Shown here: positions 1 to 10,662 of the stretch, piece by piece
Layout of the letters: every line of letters starts with the position of its first letter
Numbering within the stretch: position 1 is the first letter of the stretch
Source of the DNA: Lachnospiraceae bacterium
GTDB lineage: Bacteria > Bacillota > Clostridia > Lachnospirales > Lachnospiraceae
Reading direction: 5' to 3'
DNA length: 64,000 bases
Assembly (NCBI GenBank): GCA_900766815.1
Contig: CAAFWV010000057.1
Span: forward strand, 7,404 to 71,403
Notes under the pieces: model-generated
Databases searched by the model: none
The model's input: only the letters and a program-made list of their open reading frames with translations
Told to the model about the DNA's origin: nothing
Position numbers and translations under genes: made by a program

Positions 1-513
1 CAACCCTTTCATAGGAATTAATCTCATTGCCCGCGTTGTCTACAAACTGTGACGGCTCCATAAGTCCAACCGGCTGCCCCAGTGCATCAGTAAGATCCTT
101 TCCGTTACACTGAATACCGACATAATCCACACCATCAATCTGACACAGAGTCCTTACAAGTGCCGCCCTGACAAGCACCTCTGTTGTCGGCAGCTGCTCC
201 GGATAATCCTCGCTCACATTAAGCATCAGCACACCGTCATTAAGCTTAAAATCAACCACATCAAAGCCCAGTATCGTCTCACGAAGCTTCTTGTCCGAAG
301 GCGTCTGACTCATACTCGATATCATCCGTCCGGCCAGTCTCTCAGCTTCACCCAGCTCACTCTCGGGCACATGCATAACCATCGGAATTATTGTATTTTC
401 TTCCCTGTCGAGGGCATATATGTCAAAATCCGAGCGCTTTTCCCCGTTAGTACACCCACTTAGCAGGGGCAAAAACGCGAGAACTAAGATTATCATAAAT
501 ACATACTTCTTCA
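1..513 (-). CDS. GerMN-like lipoprotein (N-terminal part; C-terminus lies outside the window), last gene of the two-component operon
   Basis: Reverse-strand translation from ATG at 513 gives MKKYVFMIILVLAFLPLLSGC..., a signal peptide with lipobox LSGC. It starts 1 nt after the kinase stop. The GerMN/LpqB-like assignment is a by-eye judgement. Confidence 0.45.
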
Positions 514-1968
514 TTATGCTCTGCCTCCGTTCTCCCTGACAAATACAAGTGGAATATGCAGTGTAAATTCGCTGCCTTCACCGATAACACTTTCAACATC
601 TATGGTACCACGGTGCATTATCACAATATTCCTTGCAAGAGCAAGACCAAGTCCGGTTCCTCCGATTTCCCTGGAGTGGGATTTGTCCACCCTGTAGAAT
701 CGCTCGAAGATGTGAGCCATACTCTCCTCAGGAATTCCGATTCCGTTATCCTTAATGGCAATCATCATATTCTGGTGGTCTGAGTTTAGGCTCACAGTAA
801 CCGAACCGTTCTCGCGGTTGTACTTTATGGCATTTTCTATAATGTTGGTGAGTGCAAGTGACAGCTTTACTTCATCTATCTGGGCAGTAACCTCCCTCTC
901 GCTCTCAAGTATCAGATTCACATTCATGCTCGCGGCAATCGGTGACAATCTCTTAAGAATACTCTCTATCATCTCATTGACATTGACAGACTTAATGTCC
1001 AACTCTGCATTGGTCTTATCAAGCTTCACAAGCTCAAGAAGGTCGTTAATTATTTTGTCCTCTCTGTCAATCTCACCGACAATGTCTGACATGAATTCCT
1101 TATAGAGTTCAATGGGAGTATCCTCATTGGTTGTAAGCGATTCGGCCAGCAATTTAACCGATGTAATCGGAGTCTTAAGCTCATGAGAGACATTGGCAAC
1201 GAATTCATCCCTGGATTCATTGAGGGCTCTGTACTTGGACAGAATATTATTAAAAGCCTCAACTATTCGCTGGGTTTCTTTATAATCAGACACCTCCACA
1301 AGGTCATTAGAGAAACCGTTACTTACATTCTTGAGTGACTCGGTTACCTTCTCAAAGGGTGCCGTCAGATATTTAGAGACTATCATGGACAGCAGGAATA
1401 CAAAGATGGCAAGAATTGCCTCTATTATCCATACATTGGTTCTGAATATCTGAAGGGTCTGCGCAATCGTATCTGTCGAAACAGATATAAGCATAACGCC
1501 TCTGACAATATTCCTGTCTTCAATTGTCTCTGTGATGGGAATGGTGAGTTCAATAAAGCCGTTCTCTTTGTCATAACTGCTCATACTCTCACCCTTGAAG
1601 CTCATAATTACCTCTTTGGATATGATATTCTTGCCAACGGACAGGTTGTAGGTATCCTTGATGACCTTGAAGTTGCCACCGATAATCAGTACTCGTCCGT
1701 CGTATAGGTTGGAGAGCTGTTCAAGCTCCGCATTGACGACCTCGCTCGACGGATCCGATAAGTAATTATAAGTTAACAGATGATTGGCCAGAATCATCAG
1801 CTGGTTGGAAACCTCACTTTCCTTAACAGCCACCGCTCTGACCTCATAATTAAACAGAATCGAATATCCTACTGTCAGGCTCGAAATAATACCGATTGTA
1901 ACAAGCAGGATAAATATTCTGATTCTGAAGCTGTGAAATATATTATTCCAAGTTATTTTTTCTCTCAT
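514..1968 (-). CDS. Sensor histidine kinase (two TM segments flanking a ~140 aa extracytoplasmic domain, HAMP, HisKA, HATPase_c)
   Basis: H-box VSHELKTPITSV; N/G-box region NAIKYN...DNGIGIPEE...GGTGLGLALAR; two hydrophobic segments at the N-terminus; 4-nt overlap with the upstream response regulator. Confidence 0.85.
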   Translation of the reverse strand: MREKITWNNIFHSFRIRIFILLVTIGIISSLTVGYSILFNYEVRAVAVKESEVSNQLMILANHLLTYNYLSDPSSEVVNAELEQLSNLYDGRVLIIGGNFKVIKDTYNLSVGKNIISKEVIMSFKGESMSSYDKENGFIELTIPITETIEDRNIVRGVMLISVSTDTIAQTLQIFRTNVWIIEAILAIFVFLLSMIVSKYLTAPFEKVTESLKNVSNGFSNDLVEVSDYKETQRIVEAFNNILSKYRALNESRDEFVANVSHELKTPITSVKLLAESLTTNEDTPIELYKEFMSDIVGEIDREDKIINDLLELVKLDKTNAELDIKSVNVNEMIESILKRLSPIAASMNVNLILESEREVTAQIDEVKLSLALTNIIENAIKYNRENGSVTVSLNSDHQNMMIAIKDNGIGIPEESMAHIFERFYRVDKSHSREIGGTGLGLALARNIVIMHRGTIDVESVIGEGSEFTLHIPLVFVRENGGRA

Positions 1969-2642
1969 TTCTTATGATAATATCCAAGACCCCACTTAGT
2001 GAATACATATTCGGGCTCCGTAGGATTATTCTCAATCTTTTCCCTTAATCTTCTGACATGAACATCTACAGTTCTTGCATCAGCCGGCGAATCACTGCCC
2101 CAGATCTTTTTGAGAAGGTCATCCCTTGTATATATCTTGTCAGGATTGGCAAGCAGAAGCTTAAGAATGTCAAACTCCTTGGAAGTAAGCTTAATCTCCT
2201 GTCCCGCAATTGTTACACGTCTGTCGTCGCAGTCCATCTTGAGATCCTTGCACATAATCACATTCTTAGCCGAGCTCTTAGTGGCAGTTCTTCTGCAGAT
2301 TGCCTTAATACGAGCCTTTACCTCAAGAACATTGAAGGGCTTGGTCATATAATCGTCGGCACCCGTCTCCAGTCCCGATATCTTATCCATGTCATCCCCC
2401 TTGGCAGTCAGCATGATAATCGGTACATCCGTGAAGGTCCTGACCTCACTGCATACCTCAAATCCATCCTTCTTGGGAAGCATCACATCCAGAAGCACAA
2501 TGTCATATTCATGATTGCTAATCATGTCTATTGCTTCTTCACCATCATAGGCGCAGTCCACCTCCATACCGTCCTGCTCCAGGGCAAACTTTAATCCCTT
2601 AACAATTAACTTCTCATCATCCACTACAAGAATTTTCATCAT
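1965..2642 (-). CDS. OmpR-family response regulator (receiver plus winged-helix)
   Basis: MKILVVDDE...LLDVMLPKKDGFEV...MLTAKGDDMDKISGLETGADDYMTKPF; C-terminal wHTH ...VDVHVRRLREKIE. The likely ATG at 2642 overlaps the comEA stop as ATGA. Confidence 0.9.
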   Translation of the reverse strand: MMKILVVDDEKLIVKGLKFALEQDGMEVDCAYDGEEAIDMISNHEYDIVLLDVMLPKKDGFEVCSEVRTFTDVPIIMLTAKGDDMDKISGLETGADDYMTKPFNVLEVKARIKAICRRTATKSSAKNVIMCKDLKMDCDDRRVTIAGQEIKLTSKEFDILKLLLANPDKIYTRDDLLKKIWGSDSPADARTVDVHVRRLREKIENNPTEPEYVFTKWGLGYYHKK

Positions 2643-3625
2643 TTCACACAAATACTGTCCCTAATCTTACTGAAGCTTTTCTCTTTGATTCCGGTTACCT
2701 GCATTATATCCTCAATACTTCCAAAGGCTCCGTTTTGTTCTCTGTAATCAATTATCGCCCTTGCCCTGGTATCCCCTATACCGGGTAGCGTTGTTAACTC
2801 TTCAATGGAGGCTGTATTAATATTGACTTTACCGGTCGAACCATCTGACGTTCCTCCTAACCCATTGCCTGATGCTGTGGCAGAACCATCCGAACCCGAC
2901 GCTAAGTTACCACCTGTCGCGCCGGAACCATCATCACGAGTTTCGGTACCCGTTACGAAGCTTGAATTATACCCTTCACCCAGGATATTAGCCGTCAATA
3001 CATCTTCTCCCGATATCGTCCCATCTCCCGACTCAGAACTGCTCAAAGCTAGAACCTCTTCCTTAGTCGGCACATAGATTCTGCTGCCATCGCCTACATT
3101 GGCAGCCAGATTCAGTGCTTCAGGATATGCATCTATTGCAAAACCGCCTGCGGCACTGACTGCATCGACAATCCTGGAGTCAGAGCTTATCTCATATACG
3201 TCAGGCTGCTTAACCGCTCCGCACACATAGACTCTGATTTCTTTCATGACAGAACTGTCAGCAGCCAAACTGACCTCATCTGACACAAGGGTTGTCTCTC
3301 CGCCGGAAGCTTCTCCCGAGTTCGCCTGCGCCAGAGTCTGATTACTTTCTGTAAGGCTCTGCTCCTCAGACATATTACCGGTCCCATCCTCAGACTCATC
3401 GCCTGTCATATTTTCAGCTCCTGACACGGACTCATCCCCTGATACAGTCTCGTCCTCATATACGGCAACCAGTCCCTCATCCTTTTTTCCACAGGAAGCG
3501 AACAGGCTTAAGAATAACAACGACAAGATTAGCCCTGTGACTGTCACAAGGCTTTTCTTATATTTTGTAATAATATTCAGTTTGTTTTCTTTATATAATT
3601 TCATCTTTCTCCTTTGCTTTGGCAA
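2639..3625 (-). CDS. comEA: ComEA-like competence protein (TM anchor, low-complexity linker, SLBB domain, tandem helix-hairpin-helix)
   Basis: C-terminus INTASIEELTTLPGIGDTRARAIIDYREQNGAFGSIEDIMQVTGIKEKSF is a typical ComEA HhH pair; SLBB-like VYVCGAVKQPDVYEISSDSRIVDAVSAAGG. Confidence 0.75.
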   Translation of the reverse strand: MPKQRRKMKLYKENKLNIITKYKKSLVTVTGLILSLLFLSLFASCGKKDEGLVAVYEDETVSGDESVSGAENMTGDESEDGTGNMSEEQSLTESNQTLAQANSGEASGGETTLVSDEVSLAADSSVMKEIRVYVCGAVKQPDVYEISSDSRIVDAVSAAGGFAIDAYPEALNLAANVGDGSRIYVPTKEEVLALSSSESGDGTISGEDVLTANILGEGYNSSFVTGTETRDDGSGATGGNLASGSDGSATASGNGLGGTSDGSTGKVNINTASIEELTTLPGIGDTRARAIIDYREQNGAFGSIEDIMQVTGIKEKSFSKIRDSICVK

Positions 3626-3746
3626 AGGAAACCCTTAGATGACTTTAATCCTTAGTTTATCGAAAGTCACTCTCTTTTGCAAGAAGATGACCCGTTATCG
3701 TTAAATCCTTTTTCCATGAAAGGTTTACACCATTTCACAGATAATC

Positions 3747-5267
3747 TCAGTTCTCGCCACTCTGTGCCTCCTGCTTCAGAGCCTCCTCGTCAAGGTATTC
3801 AACCTCCTCCTCTTCCTTAGGAAGCGGTATGAAGTCCTCCTTAACGTCCTCTCCGGAAATCTGATGCTTAATCTGTTCTGACAGCTTCTGAAGCGCATGG
3901 GATACATCCGCACCTGACCATACATCAGAAAAGGTTCCTTCCATAAGAAGCCAACTGTTGGAGGTCGCCATCATCTTAGGCATGGGAGAAGATACCTCAT
4001 ATTCCTCTACAAAGGCATATTCTGCATCGTCCTCGCCGAATACTCCGGATACTGCAGGGAATTTGCCTGTCATCTCATACAGGCTGTCTGCCTTAGTTAT
4101 TGCAAGGAAGCCTGCGAACTCATTGGCATTACTAATATCATCACTATATCCGTTAATTACTATAGCTGTTGTCTCTGACAGGCTCTTTGTTGACATATCC
4201 TCAGACAGATCCGGTATGGATGTAAAGCCATATTCATATTTGAATTCCTTATTCTCGCTCTTCTCCCTAAGCAGCTTAACTGCATCGGTTGTAACGGTAG
4301 CAAATACCATCTTGCCCTCTAGGAATTCATTCTTGACCTGGTCATAGGTTACATCCTCCGATTCAAAAGAGAAGAACTGATTCATCTCTTGGAATCTGAG
4401 CATGGCATTTATCGCATCAAGATTATATACATTGATTTCATCCGGATTGTCGCCGTCTGCACCACCCATATCAATGTATTCTCCAACAAAGAAATAATTA
4501 TAGAATATGTCCCTAACATCCCACTTGAAGATAGTCTCAACACCCTCAGGAGCATCGAAATTATCAGCAAAGTTAAGCAAATCATCAAAGGTCACAGGTA
4601 TGGATTTGTCCACCCTGTATGCAATCTTATCCTCAATGGACAGCGAATCATAATAGGCCTGCTCTGCCTCCTGTTCCTCAGCTTCCTCCGAATCAGTAGA
4701 ATCACTGTCCGGAGAATCACCGGAAGACTCATCGTCCGGAGTCTTAGCAGTCTCTGCATTAACAATATTACTTGCAATCTCTGTAAGATAAGTCTTGTTA
4801 TAGAGCAGCGCCGTCGTCTCGAAATACAGCGGATAGGCAACCGGATTATTATGATAGGTTACCGCACTTACGGCAGAAGCCGGATACTGCGATGCATCAA
4901 AATATCCATTGTCCGTAAGCAGGGCTGCACAGCCTGACATGTAAGCCTTCTCCAGGCTGTCGCTTCCGATGATATACATATCCGGAGTGGTTCTTTCATC
5001 CATTGAAGCAGCATAGATGCTCTCAATGAAATCGCCACCCTCCTTGAGTCTGGGAACGACACGAATACCCTTGAGCTCGTGGAACTCAACAGCCATTGTA
5101 TTAAGATAATCAGTCAGATTATCATCCGTATACCAGATGACCAGACTGTCATCATCATAGCTCTCAACCTGTCTTTCATCCAGTGTATTGTTTCTGCTTG
5201 CAATAAGTGCGCCGATAAGCATCACAAATACTATCAGCGCAGATATTATTCTCTTTGATTCCTTCAT
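3747..5267 (-). CDS. Membrane-anchored extracellular solute-binding-protein-like protein (family 1 SBP fold suspected) with acidic insert and acidic tail; no permease or ATPase nearby
   Basis: N-terminal TM without a lipobox. VIWYTDDNLTDYLNTMAVEFHELKGIRV...DMYIIGSDSL resembles the N-lobe of MalE-type binding proteins. Long D/E/S-rich segment. Confidence 0.4.
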   Translation of the reverse strand: MKESKRIISALIVFVMLIGALIASRNNTLDERQVESYDDDSLVIWYTDDNLTDYLNTMAVEFHELKGIRVVPRLKEGGDFIESIYAASMDERTTPDMYIIGSDSLEKAYMSGCAALLTDNGYFDASQYPASAVSAVTYHNNPVAYPLYFETTALLYNKTYLTEIASNIVNAETAKTPDDESSGDSPDSDSTDSEEAEEQEAEQAYYDSLSIEDKIAYRVDKSIPVTFDDLLNFADNFDAPEGVETIFKWDVRDIFYNYFFVGEYIDMGGADGDNPDEINVYNLDAINAMLRFQEMNQFFSFESEDVTYDQVKNEFLEGKMVFATVTTDAVKLLREKSENKEFKYEYGFTSIPDLSEDMSTKSLSETTAIVINGYSDDISNANEFAGFLAITKADSLYEMTGKFPAVSGVFGEDDAEYAFVEEYEVSSPMPKMMATSNSWLLMEGTFSDVWSGADVSHALQKLSEQIKHQISGEDVKEDFIPLPKEEEEVEYLDEEALKQEAQSGEN

Positions 5268-5282
5268 ATAACCTCAACCATC

Positions 5283-6482
5283 TTAAATATGTGCAAATAC
5301 ATCATCTAAGATATTGTACATATTGTCAACGTCTTTGTCGGTAATTATAAGCGGTGGAAGCAGTCTGAGTACATTGCTTCCTGCCGAAAGTGTCAGGATT
5401 CCCTTCTCAATTCCCGCATTAATTACCTCGGATGGAGCTATACTAAGCTCAAGTCCCTGCATAAATCCGAGTCCCCTTCTTGAGGTTATGCAGTCATATT
5501 TATTCACAAGCTCATCAAGCCTGCTCTCCAGATAAGGTGTTAGCTCCTTCACATGGGCTACTATGTCAAGCTTCTCATACTGTCTCAGCACCTCACATAC
5601 TGCAGCTGCTGCGAACGGATTGCCACCATAGGTTGTTCCATGATCACCGGCTGCCAGGCTTGAGCCTGCCACCTTCTTATTTACGAGAAAAGCACCCACC
5701 GGAACACCGTTTCCTAAAGCTTTAGCGCTTGTGAGGATATCAGGATATACATCATACTGCATGAAGGCATACATTGAACCGCATCTGCCCATACCACACT
5801 GTACTTCGTCTAAAATCAGCAGAATATCCTTCTCATTACATAGCCTATATACCTTCTGAAGGAAGTCCTTTTCAGCGGGATATACTCCGCCCTCTCCCTG
5901 CACAGTCTCCATGATAATGGCACAGGTTTTGTCATTAACCAGACTGATTACAGAGTCATAATCATTCATGGTAGCGAAGTTTACCTTACTGATAAGCGGC
6001 TCGAAGGCTTCCCTGTATGCCGCCTTACCGGTTACCGCAAGGGCTCCGCAGGTCCTTCCGTGGAAGGAATGGTCAAGGGCTATTATCTCATGGTCATGCT
6101 TACCATCCTTATTGTAAGCATACTTAAGTGCTGCCTTAAGCGCTCCCTCTATTGCTTCTGCACCGGAATTGGTGAAGAATACCTTATCCATTCCGGATAC
6201 CTTAACCAGTGCATCAGCTGCTTTGGCTGCCGGCTCATTGTAGAACAGATTAGACACATGAAGAATCTTATCAATCTGATTCTTTAAGGCCTCATTGAAT
6301 TCCTTATTGGAATTGCCCAGACCATACACACCTATTCCCGAATAGAAATCCAGGTAACACTTGCCGGCTGTATCATAGACATGCACACCGTCACCGTGGT
6401 CAAGTACAATGTTATATCGATTATATGTATGGAGGATATTCTCCTCAGCTGTCTCTATAATTTTCTTCATATCAATCCTCAA
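5283..6482 (-). CDS. argD: Acetylornithine aminotransferase (class III PLP aminotransferase)
   Basis: [27 protein letters not shown] (PLP-lysine region), [11 protein letters not shown]; context with argB and argJ. Confidence 0.9.
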   Translation of the reverse strand: MRIDMKKIIETAEENILHTYNRYNIVLDHGDGVHVYDTAGKCYLDFYSGIGVYGLGNSNKEFNEALKNQIDKILHVSNLFYNEPAAKAADALVKVSGMDKVFFTNSGAEAIEGALKAALKYAYNKDGKHDHEIIALDHSFHGRTCGALAVTGKAAYREAFEPLISKVNFATMNDYDSVISLVNDKTCAIIMETVQGEGGVYPAEKDFLQKVYRLCNEKDILLILDEVQCGMGRCGSMYAFMQYDVYPDILTSAKALGNGVPVGAFLVNKKVAGSSLAAGDHGTTYGGNPFAAAAVCEVLRQYEKLDIVAHVKELTPYLESRLDELVNKYDCITSRRGLGFMQGLELSIAPSEVINAGIEKGILTLSAGSNVLRLLPPLIITDKDVDNMYNILDDVFAHI

Positions 6483-7357
6483 ATCTTTTCAACAATGGCA
6501 GTTCCGATACCGTTGTTGGTGAATATCTCAAGCAGCATACTGTGCGGAATTCTTCCATCTAAGATATGCACCTTCTCAACTCCGTTATTCACTGCAGAGG
6601 TACAGTTGTTAAGCTTAGGAAGCATACCTCCGCCAATCAGTCCGTCAGCTATAAGCTTATCTGCATCATCTGCACTTATTCTTGATATGAATGAGCTCTT
6701 ATCATTAAAGTCCCTGTAGAGACCTTCCGTATCAGTTAAGAATACAAGCTTATTAGCTCCCACAGCCTTGGCGATTGCACAGGCTGCATCATCAGCATTG
6801 ATGTTATATGTATTAAAGCTATCATCAAGTCCTATAGGAGCAATAATGGGAAGGAAATCCTTATCAAGCAGGTCATAGATAATCTTGGGATCAACATCTG
6901 TAATATTGCCGACAAAGCCTATATCCTCTCCGTTGCTGTACTTCTTCTCACACTTAAGCAGTCCGCCGTCCTTGCCCGAGATGCTGACAGCTCTCACACC
7001 AAGCTCTTCTACCATACTGACTAGCTGCTTACCTACTCTTCCAAGCACCATCTCAGCTATCTCCATGGTCTCCTCATCTGTTACTCTGAGGCCGTTGATA
7101 AACTTAGGCTCCTTACCTGACTTCTCAACCCATCTGCTTATGGCCTTACCTCCACCGTGAACTATTATAGGCTTGAAGCCGACAAGCTTTAGTAGGGTAA
7201 CATCCTTAATTACATTCCTCTGAAGCTCCTCATTGCTCATGGCCGAACCGCCATACTTTACTACTATTATCTTACGGTTAAACTGCTGGATATACGGAAG
7301 TGCCTCAATTAAGACCTCCGCCTTCTTAAGCACTTCATCCATTTCTCTGCTTTCCAT
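6479..7357 (-). CDS. argB: Acetylglutamate kinase
   Basis: [10 protein letters not shown]...IVHGGG... amino-acid kinase family motifs; 4-nt overlap with argD. Confidence 0.9.
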   Translation of the reverse strand: MESREMDEVLKKAEVLIEALPYIQQFNRKIIVVKYGGSAMSNEELQRNVIKDVTLLKLVGFKPIIVHGGGKAISRWVEKSGKEPKFINGLRVTDEETMEIAEMVLGRVGKQLVSMVEELGVRAVSISGKDGGLLKCEKKYSNGEDIGFVGNITDVDPKIIYDLLDKDFLPIIAPIGLDDSFNTYNINADDAACAIAKAVGANKLVFLTDTEGLYRDFNDKSSFISRISADDADKLIADGLIGGGMLPKLNNCTSAVNNGVEKVHILDGRIPHSMLLEIFTNNGIGTAIVEKI

Positions 7358-7395
7358 TATTCCTTCTCCCTGCTGTTACATAAAAATATAATTGA

Positions 7396-8613
7396 CTAGC
7401 TTCTGTAGTCCGCATTGATTTTAACATAATCATAGGTAAGATCACAGCCCCAGGCTGTAGCACATCCCTCACCCTCATTCATATTAACATATACTGTTAC
7501 GGCATCCTCAGACATAATCCTTACGGCCTCTTCCTCATCAAATGCAAGCGGAACTCCGTGGTCAAACACCTTAAGCTTTCCTGCCTTGCTGACAAAATAA
7601 AGCTCAACATCAGCCTCATCAAATTTGGCTCCCGAATATCCCATGGCACATAAGAACCTGCCGAAGTTGGCATCACGACCGAATATTGCAGCCTTGGATA
7701 AAGCTGAGCCAACAATAGCCTTAGACAATGTCCTTGCATCATCCTTACTCTTAGCGTTCACAACCTCGGCCTCAAACAGCTTGGTTGCTCCCTCACCGTC
7801 TGCCGCCATCCTCATTGCAAGATTCCTGCAGACATACATAAGTGCTTCCCTGAAGGCATCATAATCCCTGCCCTTAGAGGTAATGGCTGCCCCACTCATA
7901 CCATTAGCCATTATCATAAATGTATCATTGGTCGAAGTATCACCATCTACGGTTATCATATTGAAAGTTTCATTCACAACCTCGCTTACTGCCTCCTGCA
8001 GAAGCTCCTTAGTGATTGCAACATCGCTTCCTAAGAAAGCAAGCATGGTGCACATATTGGGATGAATCATTCCCGAGCCCTTGCACATACCTCCGATAAT
8101 TACTTCCTTGCCGTCAATCTCAACACTCACCGCAATCTCCTTATTGACAGTATCTGTTGTCATGATTGCCTTAGAGCTTGCAGTTCCGGCCTCAATACTG
8201 TCATCAAGAGTTCCCGACATGGTCTTGACTCCTGCAACAAGCTTATCAACAGGCAGCTGCATTCCGATTACTCCCGTTGATGCAACAATTACCCTATCGC
8301 TGTCCACCTTAAGTTCATCACTGACTGCCCCTGCTACCGATTCACAGGCCGCAAAGCCCTCCCTGCCTGTACAGGCATTGGCAATACCCGAATTAACAAC
8401 TATGGCCTGAGCCAGTCCCTTCTCATTAACAAGCATGTCCCACTTAACGCAGGCTGCCTTAACCTGATTGGTTGTGAAGGTTCCGGCACAGACTGCCTCC
8501 TTCTCACTGTAGACCATGGCCATATCTGTACGGTCCTTATATTTAATACCTGCTGCGCAGCTGGACGACTTGAAGCCCTTCGCAGCTGTTATTCCACCCT
8601 TAATCTCTTTCAT
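7396..8613 (-). CDS. argJ: Bifunctional glutamate N-acetyltransferase / amino-acid acetyltransferase
   Basis: Conserved self-cleavage region ...NMCTMLAFLGSD (ATML-type Thr); length and overall similarity pattern of ArgJ. Confidence 0.9.
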   Translation of the reverse strand: MKEIKGGITAAKGFKSSSCAAGIKYKDRTDMAMVYSEKEAVCAGTFTTNQVKAACVKWDMLVNEKGLAQAIVVNSGIANACTGREGFAACESVAGAVSDELKVDSDRVIVASTGVIGMQLPVDKLVAGVKTMSGTLDDSIEAGTASSKAIMTTDTVNKEIAVSVEIDGKEVIIGGMCKGSGMIHPNMCTMLAFLGSDVAITKELLQEAVSEVVNETFNMITVDGDTSTNDTFMIMANGMSGAAITSKGRDYDAFREALMYVCRNLAMRMAADGEGATKLFEAEVVNAKSKDDARTLSKAIVGSALSKAAIFGRDANFGRFLCAMGYSGAKFDEADVELYFVSKAGKLKVFDHGVPLAFDEEEAVRIMSEDAVTVYVNMNEGEGCATAWGCDLTYDYVKINADYRS

Positions 8614-8621
8614 ACCGTCAC

Positions 8622-9065
8622 CTACTTTACAAAGCTTACAATGTTTTCTTCATTCAATACAAAATCGTAATAGTTTAAATCTTCTCTTTTGGTCCAGCCT
8701 ATCTCATTCCAGAATGCATTACCGATATCATTATGTGTAAAGGCAATAAGACTGACCTTACTGATATTCTCTTCCTTAAGACTTCTCATGGCATGCACTA
8801 CCATATCCCTGCCTATGCCCTTAAGTCTGTACTCGGGGTCAACACAGACATGATACATACAGCCGCGTCTGCCGTCATGACCGCACAGAATGGCACCGAC
8901 TATTTTACCATCCTCTGTTGCAACCACACTTGTTGTCGGATTACGCTTAAGGAATCTATCAATCCCCTCTCTGCTGTCATCCAGGCTCCTGATTGCGAAG
9001 CCCTTAATCTTCTCCCAGAGAAGAGCCACCTCATCATAATCCTCAATTGTCATCGTCCTAATCAT
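8622..9065 (-). CDS. GNAT-family N-acetyltransferase embedded in the arg cluster (candidate short-form N-acetylglutamate synthase)
   Basis: 147 aa with acetyl-CoA binding motif ...RLKGIGRDMVVHAM; lies between argG and argJ with 8-9 nt gaps. Confidence 0.65.
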   Translation of the reverse strand: MIRTMTIEDYDEVALLWEKIKGFAIRSLDDSREGIDRFLKRNPTTSVVATEDGKIVGAILCGHDGRRGCMYHVCVDPEYRLKGIGRDMVVHAMRSLKEENISKVSLIAFTHNDIGNAFWNEIGWTKREDLNYYDFVLNEENIVSFVK

Positions 9066-9160
9066 AATACCTTATCACCTGCGCATATGCATCCACTATG
9101 ATGCGATTTTACAAGAAAAAGGGCCAGCCACTCATGTAACTGACCCCTTAGAAAAACGAA

Positions 9161-10384
9161 TTACTTAAGAACACCCTGCTCCTGCATCTTCATGGCACGA
9201 ACCTTAGTTGATAATCCAAAGAGGTTGATGAAGCCCTCCGCATCGTGGTGATCATATAAATCACCGGTTGTGAATGAAGCAATACTCTCATTGTAGAGAG
9301 AGTATGGAGAGGTTGTACCTGCCTTAATGATGTTGCCCTTGTAAAGCTTGAACTTAACCTCACCGGTTACATACTGCTGTGTGCTCTCGATGAAGGCCTG
9401 AACTGCCTCACGGAGAGGTGTGAACCACTTGCCTTCATATACTATCTGTGCGAACTTGTTACCCATCTCAAGCTTGAGGGCTGTTGTCTCTCTGTCAAGG
9501 ATGAGCTCCTCTAACTGCTGATGTGCCTCGTAGAGGATAGTTCCGCCGGGAGTCTCATATACACCACGGCTCTTCATACCAACTACACGGTTCTCAACGA
9601 TATCGATGATTCCGATACCATGCTTTCCGCCGAGTTCATTAAGAGTCGCAATAATGTCTGCTACCTTCATCTTCTTGCCGTTAACTGATGTAGGAACACC
9701 CTTTTCGAAGGTCATTGTAACATATTCTCCCTCATCAGGAGCCTTCTCGGGAGTGGTTCCGAGAACAAGAAGGTGGTCATAATTAGGCTCGTTAGCCGGA
9801 TCCTCAAGCTCCAGGCCCTCATGGCTGATGTGCCATAAATTTCTGTCGCGGCTATAGCTTGAATCAGCTGAAAACGGAAGGTTGATTCCGTGAGCCTTAC
9901 AATACTCGATTTCCTCCTCACGGGAATTCATTGTCCACTTGGGATCTCTCCAAACTGCAATAATCTTAAGATCCGGAGCCAGAGCCTTGATACCAAGCTC
10001 GAATCTGATCTGGTCATTACCCTTACCTGTTGCACCATGGCAGATGGCTGTTGCGCCCTCTTTTCTGGCAATCTCTACCAACTTCTTGGCAATAACAGGT
10101 CTTGCCATTGATGTACCGAGGAGGTACTTATTCTCATAGACTGCATGAGCCTGTACACAGGGAACGATGAAATCCTCACAGAACTCATCCGTAAGATCCT
10201 CAATATATAACTTTGAAGCACCTGTTGAAAGTGCTCTCTCCTCTAAGCCTTCAAGCTCCTCAGCCTGTCCGCAGTTACCGCATACGCAGATAACCTCATA
10301 ATCATAATTCTCCTTGAGCCATGGAATAATGGCTGTTGTGTCAAGTCCGCCTGAATAAGCAAGAACAACTTTTTCCTTCATCAC
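9161..10384 (-). CDS. argG: Argininosuccinate synthase
   Basis: N-terminal PP-loop AYSGGLDTT; length 407 aa; typical ArgG conservation throughout. Confidence 0.92.
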   Translation of the reverse strand: MMKEKVVLAYSGGLDTTAIIPWLKENYDYEVICVCGNCGQAEELEGLEERALSTGASKLYIEDLTDEFCEDFIVPCVQAHAVYENKYLLGTSMARPVIAKKLVEIARKEGATAICHGATGKGNDQIRFELGIKALAPDLKIIAVWRDPKWTMNSREEEIEYCKAHGINLPFSADSSYSRDRNLWHISHEGLELEDPANEPNYDHLLVLGTTPEKAPDEGEYVTMTFEKGVPTSVNGKKMKVADIIATLNELGGKHGIGIIDIVENRVVGMKSRGVYETPGGTILYEAHQQLEELILDRETTALKLEMGNKFAQIVYEGKWFTPLREAVQAFIESTQQYVTGEVKFKLYKGNIIKAGTTSPYSLYNESIASFTTGDLYDHHDAEGFINLFGLSTKVRAMKMQEQGVLK

Positions 10385-10478
10385 TGTCTTCCTCCGTATA
10401 TTAATCTATCATGGAAACCATGTCTTACTCGCAATACCAACTATACACCCAATAATGAGTATGTGCAAGCACTTTTTC

Positions 10479-10556
10479 TGTATATTTATGTATAATATGC
10501 AACTAATTGTGTATATTTCTTACTTTTATCTGTATATTATACATTATTATTGTATA
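10479..10556 (-). promoter_or_regulatory. Array of five TGTATA hexamers at helical-phase spacing (10/21/21/20 bp), including the perfect palindrome TGTATATTATACA (10531-10543), 95-170 bp upstream of argG: candidate ArgR/AhrC-type operator and promoter region
   Basis: TGTATA at 10479, 10489, 10510, 10531 and 10551; the palindrome was read directly. ARG-box half-sites are TGAATA-like, so the assignment is tentative. Confidence 0.3.
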
Positions 10557-10662
10557 TTGTTTCGTTTCATACAATATCGCACCGTCTCTGCTCCTTGTGA
10601 TAAACAGCATTCCGGACAAGGGATACATCACGAATCAAGACAATACCCGTGTAAGGCCCACC

